A DNA stretch of 33,173 nt from a virus (taxonomy: Duplodnaviria > Caudoviricetes): the IMG/VR virus record IMGVR_UViG_3300030372_001592, positions 1 to 33,173 of that record; one strand, written 5' to 3'. This document shows, piece after piece, positions 25,402 to 33,173 of this stretch. The notes under the pieces were generated by a model. That model worked only from the letters and a program-made list of their open reading frames with translations, made no database searches and was not told the origin of the DNA. Every line of letters begins with the position of its first letter. The first letter of the stretch is position 1. A program made the translations under genes and the position numbers.

Positions 25402-28400
25402 ATGGCAAACGTAATCAAACATAAAAGAGGCACTTCAAAGCCAAGTGCCTCTGACCTCTCTGTAGGTGAAATAGCGATTGATACATCGCTGGGTAAGTTA
25501 TATACAGAAAATGATCTTGGTTATGTCTGGGAGGCTGGAGAATTAACAGGAGCGTTTAGTGGCTCGACTATTACTTATGAAGTAAAAGTTGCTTCTAAAA
25601 CTTCTGCTCATAGGTATAACGGTTCTGGATCTAGTTCTGGCTATTTAATAAACGGCGTTTTCTCGCCTTTTTTATCTCTTGCTCCTGGTAATACTTATAA
25701 GTTTGACCAGTCAGACAGTTCTAACTCAGGTCATCCTTTTCGTTTCTATTTAGAAGCAGACAAGACAACTGCTTATACAAATGGTGTCAGTACAAGTGGG
25801 ACTGCTGGTTCTGCTGGTGCTTATACACAGATTGTTGTATCAGATTCAACTCCTTCTGTTCTTCACTACCAATGTTCTGCTCATCCTTTGATGGGTAATG
25901 CTGTTGTTACTAACAGCAACGTGGCTGGTTCGGCTATAAATTTCACTGCTGGTAATGCAAGCAATCTTTCTTCAGGAACAGTTCCAACGGCACGTTTAGG
26001 TTCTGGGAGTGCCTCGGCATCCACGTTCTTGAGAGGCGATGGCTCATGGGGCGTTCCTACAGATACAAATACAACGTACTCAGTAGGCGATGGTGGTTTA
26101 ACTCAAAACAATTTTACTAATGCTCTAAAAAGCAAAGTTGATGGTATCGCTTCAGGTGCGGAAGTAAATGTAAATGCAGACTGGAATAGTGAATCAGGAG
26201 ATTCTAAAATACTTAATAAGCCAACAATCCCGACTAACAACAATCAGTTAACTAATGGGTCTGGATACATTACAGCAACCTTGACGGATGAAGAGGTTCA
26301 GGATGTTGTTGGTGCGATGTTGTCTAGCAACACCGAGTCAGGGATAACGGTTACTTACCAAGACTCAGACGGAACTATAGATTTCTCAGTTGATTCTCAA
26401 ACAGATAACAACTTTACTACAGCTTTAAAGAATAAATTAGACGGAATCGAGAGTTCGGCTACTGCCGATCAGACGGCAAGTGAAATACTCACACTCCTTT
26501 TGACTGTAGATGGTGCAAGTTCGGGGTTAAATGCTGATTTATTAGATGGGCAAGAGGGATCTTATTACAGTGATTATTCCAACTTAAGTAATAAGCCAAC
26601 AATACCAACTAATAACAATCAACTTACAAATGGGGCTGGATATACAACGGACACCAAGTTAACGACAGAAGAAGTTCAAGACATTGTTGGAGCTATGGTC
26701 GCCAGCAATTCAGAAGTTAATATTGCCGTAACTTATGATGATACAAACGGCAAGTTAGATTTTAATTCGCAAAATACGACTTATTCGGTTGGAGATGGTG
26801 GTTTAACTCAGAATAATTTTACTGATGCTTTAAAGAATAAATTAGACGGAATTGAGAGTGGAGCTAGTGGCGATCAGACAGCAGGAGAAATTCGCACACT
26901 TTTAGATGCAGCAAGCGATTCAAACATCCTTACTGATGCACTCTTAAATAAATTAAACGGAATAGCAGCAGCAGCAAACAATTATTCGATAACGAATGAT
27001 TTGTTGGATGAAGACAATATGTCTTCAGATTCGGCTGTAAAAGTCCCATCACAGCAGTCGGTTAAAGCATACGTTGATGCCAATAGCTCAGACACTACAT
27101 ATTCGGCAGGAAATGGCCTTACTTTATCTGGCACTACATTCTCAGTTTCAGCAGTAGCATTAACCACTGTTCAAACTGCTGGATCACAGTCGGCCCAGCT
27201 AGCACTTACGACTCAGGAAGGTGATGTAGTTGTTCGTACAGATGAGAACAAAACCTATGTTCGCAATTCTGGGTCGGCAGGTTCTATGGCTGATTTCACG
27301 CTGCTTGCAACTCCTACTGATTCAGTCTTAAGTGTAAATGGACAAACTGGGGCAATAACTTCAAGTCATATTAGGACTGCTGTTGGAGACGCATCCGATT
27401 CTAATATTTTCACTGACGCATTAAAGAGCAAACTTGATGGTATTGCTTCAAGTGCTACGAATGTCACGAATACTAATCAACTAACAAACGGTGCAGGTTT
27501 CATAACTGCTGTTAGGTCTGTTGAGTCGGTACAAGACATCGTTGGTGACATGCTCTCTAGTAATACAGAGTCAGGCATAACAGTTACTTATCAAGATGCT
27601 GATGGAACTATAGATTTTTCTGTTGCAAGTCAAACCGATAACAACTTCACGACAGCTTTGAAAAATAAGCTTGATGGCATTGCTTCAGGTGCAACAAATG
27701 TTACTAACAACAATCAACTGACCAATGGTGCTGGTTATGTAACACAAAACACCCAATTATCCACAGAACAAGTACAGGATATTATTGGTGCGATGGTTTC
27801 GAGTAATACTGAAACTAATATCAGTGTTACTTATGACGATACTAATGGTAAATTAAACTTTGCTTCAACCGACACAAATACTACATACTCAGTAGGAGAC
27901 GGTGGTTTAACACAAAAGAACTTTACAACTACTTTGAAAAGTAAGTTGGATGGTATAGCAGCAGGGGCAACAAACGTAACCAATAACAATCAACTAACGA
28001 ATGGTGCAGGTTATGTAACCTCAAATACTCAGTTAAGCAATGAACAGGTTCAAGACATTGTTGGGGCAATGTTTAGTGGTAACAGCGAAAGCAATATCAC
28101 AGTTACTTATCAAGACTCAGATGGAACGATTGATTTAGCAGCAACCAATACTACATATTCCGTAGGTGATGGTGGCCTTACTCAAAAGAATTTCACGACT
28201 ACTTTAAAAAACAAGCTTGATGGAATAGCTGCTGGAGCGACAGCGACATCTGCTCCTTATTACACTTCTGCTATTTCAGTAGGAGATGGTGGATTAACTC
28301 AGAAAAACTTTACGACTACGTTAAAGAACAAGCTTGATGGAATCGCAGCAGGGGCAACGAATGTAACTAACAATAATCAACTTACAAACGGTGCTGGATA

Positions 28401-29670
28401 CGTTACGTCAGACACGAATACTCAGTTATCTAACGAGCAAGTTCAAGATATTGTTGGGGCGATGGTTTCTAGCAATAGTGAAAGTAATATCTCTGTTACC
28501 TATGACGATACTAATGGTAAATTAAATTTCGCATCGACAGATACTAACACTACATATTCAGTTGGTGACGGCGGTTTAACTCAGAAGAACTTTACTACTA
28601 CGCTTAAAAATAAATTAGATGGCATCGCAAGTGGAGCGACCAATGTTACTAACAATAACCAGTTAACCAATGGGGCTGGATATGTCACAACTAACACCAC
28701 GTATTCAGTAGGTGATGGAGGTTTAACTCAGAAGAATTTCACTACAACTTTAAAGAACAAGTTAGATGGCATTGCGGCTGGTGCAAACAACATAACTAAC
28801 AACAACCAGCTAACTAATGGAGCTGGATATATAACTTCTTATGTAAACACTACATATTCTGTAGGTGACGGTGGCTTAACTCAGAAGAACTTCACTACCA
28901 CTCTGAAGAACAAACTTGATGGTATTGCGTCTGGTGCAACAGCTATTAGCAATAACAATCAACTGACTAATGGGGCTGGATATGTCACAAGTTCTCACAG
29001 TCACTCATACGCTGCTTCTTCTCATACTCATTCGTACGCATCAACTTCTCATACTCACTCATACGCCTCAACTTCTCATAGCCACACGATTAGTTATAAC
29101 GACCTTACAAATAAGCCAACCATACCGACCAACAATAACCAACTAACTAATGGTGCTGGATATATTACTTCCTACGTGAACACCACCTACTCAGTAGGAG
29201 ATGGTGGCTTAACGGAGAAGAATTTTACAAGTACGCTGAAATCTAAGCTAGATGGTATTGCTTCAGGAGCAAACAATATAACTAATAACAATCAAATATC
29301 TAACGGTGCAGGTTATTCAACATATTCTTCTAATCAAGCTACAAATACCAGTAGCAGCGTTACTTTTGCGTCAGTTACATCTTCAGGTAACGTAACTGCA
29401 TATTCTGACGCAAGACTGAAAACAGATATACATACTATTGATAATGCTCTCGGAATCGTTGGAAAACTACGTGGTGTCAATTACAAGTGGTTGAATAATG
29501 GGCAATCAGATGTTGGTGTTATTGCACAAGAAGTTGAAGCTGTAGTCCCAGAGGTAGTGAAAGAAACTGATGATGGTGTAAAGACAGTGGATTATGGAAG
29601 ATTAGTTTGTGTTTTGATAGAGTCTGTTAAGGAATTAACAGCTAAAGTAAAGGAGTTAGAGGCTAAATAA
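25402..29670 (+). CDS. Long repetitive tail fibre with cupredoxin-like domain, HxH repeats and S74 chaperone
   Basis: AGGAGG RBS. N-terminal KHKRG..P....L.VGEIAID...KLY, modular repeats and C-terminal AYSDARLKTDI..GVIAQEVE.V.PEVV. Confidence 0.88.
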   Translation: MANVIKHKRGTSKPSASDLSVGEIAIDTSLGKLYTENDLGYVWEAGELTGAFSGSTITYEVKVASKTSAHRYNGSGSSSGYLINGVFSPFLSLAPGNTYKFDQSDSSNSGHPFRFYLEADKTTAYTNGVSTSGTAGSAGAYTQIVVSDSTPSVLHYQCSAHPLMGNAVVTNSNVAGSAINFTAGNASNLSSGTVPTARLGSGSASASTFLRGDGSWGVPTDTNTTYSVGDGGLTQNNFTNALKSKVDGIASGAEVNVNADWNSESGDSKILNKPTIPTNNNQLTNGSGYITATLTDEEVQDVVGAMLSSNTESGITVTYQDSDGTIDFSVDSQTDNNFTTALKNKLDGIESSATADQTASEILTLLLTVDGASSGLNADLLDGQEGSYYSDYSNLSNKPTIPTNNNQLTNGAGYTTDTKLTTEEVQDIVGAMVASNSEVNIAVTYDDTNGKLDFNSQNTTYSVGDGGLTQNNFTDALKNKLDGIESGASGDQTAGEIRTLLDAASDSNILTDALLNKLNGIAAAANNYSITNDLLDEDNMSSDSAVKVPSQQSVKAYVDANSSDTTYSAGNGLTLSGTTFSVSAVALTTVQTAGSQSAQLALTTQEGDVVVRTDENKTYVRNSGSAGSMADFTLLATPTDSVLSVNGQTGAITSSHIRTAVGDASDSNIFTDALKSKLDGIASSATNVTNTNQLTNGAGFITAVRSVESVQDIVGDMLSSNTESGITVTYQDADGTIDFSVASQTDNNFTTALKNKLDGIASGATNVTNNNQLTNGAGYVTQNTQLSTEQVQDIIGAMVSSNTETNISVTYDDTNGKLNFASTDTNTTYSVGDGGLTQKNFTTTLKSKLDGIAAGATNVTNNNQLTNGAGYVTSNTQLSNEQVQDIVGAMFSGNSESNITVTYQDSDGTIDLAATNTTYSVGDGGLTQKNFTTTLKNKLDGIAAGATATSAPYYTSAISVGDGGLTQKNFTTTLKNKLDGIAAGATNVTNNNQLTNGAGYVTSDTNTQLSNEQVQDIVGAMVSSNSESNISVTYDDTNGKLNFASTDTNTTYSVGDGGLTQKNFTTTLKNKLDGIASGATNVTNNNQLTNGAGYVTTNTTYSVGDGGLTQKNFTTTLKNKLDGIAAGANNITNNNQLTNGAGYITSYVNTTYSVGDGGLTQKNFTTTLKNKLDGIASGATAISNNNQLTNGAGYVTSSHSHSYAASSHTHSYASTSHTHSYASTSHSHTISYNDLTNKPTIPTNNNQLTNGAGYITSYVNTTYSVGDGGLTEKNFTSTLKSKLDGIASGANNITNNNQISNGAGYSTYSSNQATNTSSSVTFASVTSSGNVTAYSDARLKTDIHTIDNALGIVGKLRGVNYKWLNNGQSDVGVIAQEVEAVVPEVVKETDDGVKTVDYGRLVCVLIESVKELTAKVKELEAK
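26065..29340 (+). repeat. Modular protein repeats in the long fibre
   Basis: By manual count: 9x SVGDGGLT, 13x LK.KLDGI-type, 11x N.NQ[LI][TS]NG.G[YF] and 6x E.VQD..G.M..N.E..I.VTY.D..G. Confidence 0.9.
28990..29088 (+). repeat. 24-bp tandem repeat encoding four HxH motifs
   Basis: SSHSHSYA-ASSHTHSY-ASTSHTHSYASTSHSHT, with HxH spaced every 8 residues. Confidence 0.9.
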
Positions 29671-30179
29671 TGGCATTACAAAGTTCTGGAGCTATAAGTC
29701 TTAACGACATTCATATTGAAGCTGGAGGTTCGTCTGGATCTAATTGCTCAATTAATGATGCAGATATAAGAGCTTTAATTAGTAAAGGATCTGGCTCGCA
29801 AATGAGCTTTAGTGAATGGTATGGGGCGAGTGGGGTAACAACAGAAGGGCCATTCTTCGTACAGGCTGGCTACAATCAGTCAGGTCGTAAGATTTCCCAA
29901 GTCTACTTAGAATGGGGAAATGAGGAAATAGAATGGTGGCAATTTGATAATACTGGAAACAATAACCCTAGTGGTACATCATGGTTTAGTGGTTGGTCTG
30001 GTGGGGTGCCTACTCTATTCAACTTCAATGGTGGTGGCCTTGCCCAAGGTGGGTGGAATCACTTTGTTAGATCTCCTATGCAAAGTGGTGATGTCCAGTT
30101 TGGTGGATGGGTAGATGAAGGGGTCTATATGATTGATTGCCGAATCTGGCGTACAACTTCTTCCACTTATCCTCTCTAA
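29670..30179 (+). CDS. Probable fibre-tip adhesin / receptor-binding cap
   Basis: TAATG-coupled to the S74 fibre. N-terminal MALQSSGAISL.DI..EAGG...MSFSEWYG and a Trp/Gly-rich C-terminal domain. Confidence 0.6.
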   Translation: MALQSSGAISLNDIHIEAGGSSGSNCSINDADIRALISKGSGSQMSFSEWYGASGVTTEGPFFVQAGYNQSGRKISQVYLEWGNEEIEWWQFDNTGNNNPSGTSWFSGWSGGVPTLFNFNGGGLAQGGWNHFVRSPMQSGDVQFGGWVDEGVYMIDCRIWRTTSSTYPL

Positions 30180-30201
30180 TTTTTTTTAATCATTTTTCAT
30201 C

Positions 30202-30729
30202 ATGGCTATTAATTACACAATCAAATCAGTTTCAAAAGACAATATCATTGTCACTTACGAAGATGGTAGAGAAGCTAACATACGCATTAGCACTTGGGTT
30301 GACAAAGCTTGGATTGAAGCTCAAATAAGAGCTAATTACAACGAAGCAGATAACGGAACAGTCGATGATATTCCTTTTAAAGCAGGTGATACAGGTAGCA
30401 TCCCTACTTGGCAAGAGACGGAAGCTGCAAACAAAAAAACAGTAGAGGATAATAAGGCTGCTTTTGATAGTGCAACTTTTGATTATAAATTAATGAGAAG
30501 ACTGATGTATCCTTACATAAACGAACAGATAGGAGCTTTAGTTAAAGCAGTTATTACTGGAGATAAAACTGAACTAGAAGCTGTAAATACAGCAATTGAA
30601 AAAGTAAAAACAGATTATCCAAAAGATTCAAAAGCTTATACTCAAACAGAACTAGAAGAGGTCAAAAAGAACGACCCACGTAAACCCCATCTTGATATAC
30701 CTTATTCTCAACCTTACTTACGTCCTTAA
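30202..30729 (+). CDS. Hypothetical fibre-associated (assembly chaperone-like) protein
   Basis: Y...RR..YP.I.EQ..AL.....I..VK..YPK motif, often seen after fibre genes in marine phages. Function is inferred. Confidence 0.5.
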   Translation: MAINYTIKSVSKDNIIVTYEDGREANIRISTWVDKAWIEAQIRANYNEADNGTVDDIPFKAGDTGSIPTWQETEAANKKTVEDNKAAFDSATFDYKLMRRLMYPYINEQIGALVKAVITGDKTELEAVNTAIEKVKTDYPKDSKAYTQTELEEVKKNDPRKPHLDIPYSQPYLRP

Positions 30730-30758
30730 TAGCCTGAAACTTAGTTAAAACGCCAAGA

Positions 30759-30787
30759 CTGACATAAAGGGGAGCTAGAGTTATTAT
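30759..30787 (+). promoter_or_regulatory. Sigma70-type promoter
   Basis: CTGACA-N17-TATTAT (5 of 6 in each hexamer) in an 85-nt intergenic gap. Confidence 0.6.
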
Positions 30788-30814
30788 TAGTACGCTTCTC
30801 TCCAAATTCCATCT

Positions 30815-31078
30815 ATGAAAAAACTTGTATCTATTCTCACGATACTAAACACTGCACTGTTCGCAACAGGTCTTGTTGGTATTGGTTACGCTTATTGGTT
30901 CGTTAATAGTGAATCAGGTCAAGAAATAATAAAGAAAAAACTTGCAGATAAAATAGCAGAACAATTACCTTCTCTCATGGGTGGTGACTTGCCTAAAATG
31001 CCATCAATGACTGGGCCAGCAATGCAAAAATCACCTGCTCCTGTGGCACCTAAGAAAGAAATGAGATGGGTTCAATAG
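30815..31078 (+). CDS. Small membrane protein (N-terminal TM, helix, Pro/Met-rich tail)
   Basis: MKK plus about 25 hydrophobic residues. Resembles conserved cyanophage hypotheticals (recollection). Confidence 0.7.
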   Translation: MKKLVSILTILNTALFATGLVGIGYAYWFVNSESGQEIIKKKLADKIAEQLPSLMGGDLPKMPSMTGPAMQKSPAPVAPKKEMRWVQ

Positions 31079-31878
31079 ATCCTATAAATATAGATTCGAT
31101 AAATATACAGTCTTTAAGAATAAGTCCTTTAAATATAAACCCTATAAATGTAGATCAGTTGAAGGTTAGTGAAATATCAATCCCTCGAAATTCTATTTTT
31201 AAAATTCCAAGGCAAACAACAATTCCTAAGACAAAGCAAATAACAAGACAGTTGGATCTTCCTGCTATAAAAATGCCTTGCGTTGAGATTAGAAAAGATG
31301 GGCAAAAAAATAGACAGTTAATGAAGGATGATCCAGACGGGAATTTGACGATTAATTGTGCTATCCCGACTTTTACTCCAATGGTTTATGACACAAAAAA
31401 GAAACTAAAAGTTGAGCAAGTTACAGCCCCAGACATGACGGAAGATGCTAAATCTGTTGAGAGTGATGCTTCAGTACCAAAAGTTGATCCTCCTCCTCTT
31501 GATCCACCTTGTCCTGATCCAACTAAAAATAATCCAAGAATCGGTGATCTAAATAGAACAGGAGATGAGAAAGTTGTTGGATTTTTATGGGTCGAAGAAA
31601 CTAAGACTTGCGTAGTTCAATATGAGCCAACAAACTTTGTTGAAAAATATCTTCCTGCTGCTAATACTGCTACAACGACCTTTGCGATTACAATTGTTGC
31701 TACAACAGCAGCAACCCTAACTCCTCTCGCCAACAAGCTTCTCAAGCCTTTATTTAAACAATTAATTACAAGGGCTAAGAAATTAATGGGAAAGAAAACC
31801 CGCAAACTAACTATCTCCGAAAATCTTACAAATACTTATAGAAAAAAAAGAGGATTGCCACCGTTGAAAATTAAATAA
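31066..31878 (+). CDS. Hypothetical protein with pentapeptide repeats, 4 Cys, C-terminal TM and basic tail
   Basis: I-x-x-[IL]-x repeats, PPCPDP, TTTFAITIVATTAATL and a K/R-rich C-terminus. Confidence 0.7.
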   Translation: MGSIDPINIDSINIQSLRISPLNINPINVDQLKVSEISIPRNSIFKIPRQTTIPKTKQITRQLDLPAIKMPCVEIRKDGQKNRQLMKDDPDGNLTINCAIPTFTPMVYDTKKKLKVEQVTAPDMTEDAKSVESDASVPKVDPPPLDPPCPDPTKNNPRIGDLNRTGDEKVVGFLWVEETKTCVVQYEPTNFVEKYLPAANTATTTFAITIVATTAATLTPLANKLLKPLFKQLITRAKKLMGKKTRKLTISENLTNTYRKKRGLPPLKIK

Positions 31879-31974
31879 TCATCTATTAATGTCCATATAG
31901 TGCTTGGCTAATAAAATATTAAAGACAATAACAAGAATAACTCCGACAACAGCAATAATAATTGGAACGTGCAT
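31879..31974 (-). CDS. 31-aa single-TM protein (not in the ORF track)
   Basis: MHVPIIIAVVGVILVIVFNILLAKHYMDINR. Its ATG overlaps the upstream stop (TAATG) and it exactly fills the gap between convergent genes. Confidence 0.65.
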   Translation of the reverse strand: MHVPIIIAVVGVILVIVFNILLAKHYMDINR

Positions 31975-32624
31975 TATTTCTTGGGAATAGCATGAGTATG
32001 TTCCATGTTTGGTGGTGTGATTAACTCAATATCTGAACAGATTCTAGCCATTTCTGTACCTGGCTTGAAGCGGAAACCGTTTTGCAGATTATCGGCACAA
32101 GTCTTAGCCCTGCTCATTTCATAATTAAGTCTTTTTGATGCAAGACTGGCCTCGTAAAGTTCTACTTGTTTTCTCATTGACTGCCTGCAAAGACGGACTT
32201 GTGCCCTGTCTAATGGGATACTCCAAGTAGCAGTAATACCACCGTTGAGACTTGTATTAGAAGATCTCATTCCAGTGCGAGTTTGCTCGTAGTAAAGAAC
32301 TCGACCTGGATTATCTGGAATTCCATCTCCCACATCATTTCCATCTGCGTCTGTTAATCCAAAATTATCGCTTGTGTCATAAACGGGTTTTTGATATGTC
32401 GGTTCATAAGGAGAACCAAAACCATAAGTAGAAGAAATAAATGGTGAGATAGCTAATGTTGCACTTTGACATGCAATCGTTTGGCCTAATTGATATTGAA
32501 ACTGTCTTGCTGGAACCACCTGCACAGCTTGATTGACCACACTGCCCGTCGAATTCGAGGTCGTGTTAATTGTGTTTGAATATGCAGGATTACACAATAA
32601 AAGTAATAAAAATATTCTCTTCAT
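31974..32624 (-). CDS. Exported protein with signal peptide, 4 Cys, amphipathic beta-strands and long helices
   Basis: MKRIFLLLLLCNPAYS signal, SVVNQAVQ, CQSATLAISPF, GITATWSIPLD and KRLNYEMSRAKTC. Confidence 0.75.
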   Translation of the reverse strand: MKRIFLLLLLCNPAYSNTINTTSNSTGSVVNQAVQVVPARQFQYQLGQTIACQSATLAISPFISSTYGFGSPYEPTYQKPVYDTSDNFGLTDADGNDVGDGIPDNPGRVLYYEQTRTGMRSSNTSLNGGITATWSIPLDRAQVRLCRQSMRKQVELYEASLASKRLNYEMSRAKTCADNLQNGFRFKPGTEMARICSDIELITPPNMEHTHAIPKK

Positions 32625-33049
32625 TGGCTGAATGTTGACGTGCTATCGCTGATACTTTCTATAGTGGTTTCTCTCATTACGTGAGTGTAATTAGTTAGTC
32701 CAGGCACCTCAAGAGTCTCGTAGTAATTGAAATCTGCCCCTTCATTTACTATTGAATATGTTGGCTTATTTGTTAACGAAGGAAGAACATAAGTAGAAGC
32801 AACTCCTTGAACTGTTGTTTGTTGTTGTGTCCATCCTTCTGGAGCTACGTTGCCCGTATCTGACTCTACATTTGTCCCTCCTACAGTCATCTGATACCCA
32901 GAACGAAATTCATAACTTTTTATATCTTCCATCACCGTACTTCGAGTCTCTACGTGCTGCTGTAGAACTCCTGTTTGGAAATTTGGCACTACTGGTTGTG
33001 AATTAGCAGGCAAAAGGTATAAGAGAAATAAGCCTAAAACCCTTTTCAT
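32621..33049 (-). CDS. Exported beta-rich protein
   Basis: Signal peptide, then PVVPNFQTG...GADFNYYET...PGL...STSTFSQ. ATGA overlap with the downstream gene. Confidence 0.75.
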   Translation of the reverse strand: MKRVLGLFLLYLLPANSQPVVPNFQTGVLQQHVETRSTVMEDIKSYEFRSGYQMTVGGTNVESDTGNVAPEGWTQQQTTVQGVASTYVLPSLTNKPTYSIVNEGADFNYYETLEVPGLTNYTHVMRETTIESISDSTSTFSQ

Positions 33050-33059
33050 GACTTACATG

Positions 33060-33173
33060 TCAATCCACTTCAAGAGACGTAATCACCTGTCCCGTAGCCG
33101 AAGTCCCAGCCCCTCCAGCGACTATTGAAATGGCTCCCGCCGTACTTATCGTTCCAGCCAATGAACCAGCCGA
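33060..33173 (-). CDS. C-terminal fragment of a Gly/Ala/Ser/Thr-rich beta protein (truncated by the window edge)
   Basis: Minus-strand frame SAGSLAGTISTAGAISIVAGGAGTSATGQVITSLEVD*, stopping 10 nt before the next ATG. Confidence 0.7.
   Translation of the reverse strand, partial: SAGSLAGTISTAGAISIVAGGAGTSATGQVITSLEVD

Larger units (their letters stand above)
1..33173 (+). mobile_element. Lambda-like siphovirus (phage or prophage) packaging, head, tail and fibre module, probably a marine cyanophage
   Basis: Continuous terS-terL-W-portal-capsid-tail tube-G/GT-TMP-M-L-K-I-J synteny with tightly coupled start/stop codons. No host housekeeping genes. Confidence 0.95.

Noticed and set aside
26065-29340. 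Regularly recurring DNA repeats as a CRISPR array or DGR TR/VR pair
   Set aside because: They are in-frame coding repeats that differ mainly at synonymous positions. There are no identical repeats with unique spacers, no evident adenine-specific pattern and no reverse transcriptase in the window.
340-30414. Many short antisense or alternate-frame ORFs in the track (e.g. 340-615, 5184-5489, 13231-13587, 19269-19538)
   Set aside because: They are nested within well-supported structural genes and have no recognisable motifs, so they are probably shadow ORFs.
31054-31078. Frameshift fusing 30815 with 31066 to supply a signal anchor
   Set aside because: The frames would allow a -1 shift, but there is no X XXY YYZ slippery heptamer in the short shared open window.
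30815-31878. Canonical holin/endolysin/spanin lysis cassette
   Set aside because: No endolysin catalytic motif and no convincing lipobox. A spanin-like role cannot be excluded but is unsupported.

Overview
This 33-kb window is the virion morphogenesis region of a long-tailed (siphovirus-type) dsDNA phage or prophage with lambda-like gene order. The order is: candidate packaging-origin repeats, terS, terL (GpA type), gpW-like adaptor with an extra N-terminal domain, lambda-type portal, HK97-type protease-capsid fusion, cement-like protein, head-tail joining and tail terminator proteins, tail tube, G/GT chaperones joined by a -1 slippery site, tape measure, M-L-K-I-J tail tip, then a large multi-gene fibre cluster. 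The right end holds a convergent cassette of small membrane and exported proteins resembling conserved marine cyanophage hypotheticals. A picocyanobacterial host is therefore inferred, not shown. The most notable observations are: (i) this envelope-protein cassette, which has its own promoter and an unannotated 31-aa membrane ORF; (ii) an amicyanin-like Cu-site signature and four HxH motifs in the largest fibre; (iii) a gpL that lacks its Fe-S cysteine domain and carries a ligand-less copy of the Cu-site domain; (iv) a possible DGGxF/KR plug-and-socket fibre chain; (v) a motif shared upstream of the tail tube gene and of a putative internal capsid start. No tRNA, CRISPR, integrase, reverse transcriptase or recognisable lysis enzyme was seen. 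Family assignments come from recognised motifs and synteny, not from database searches.
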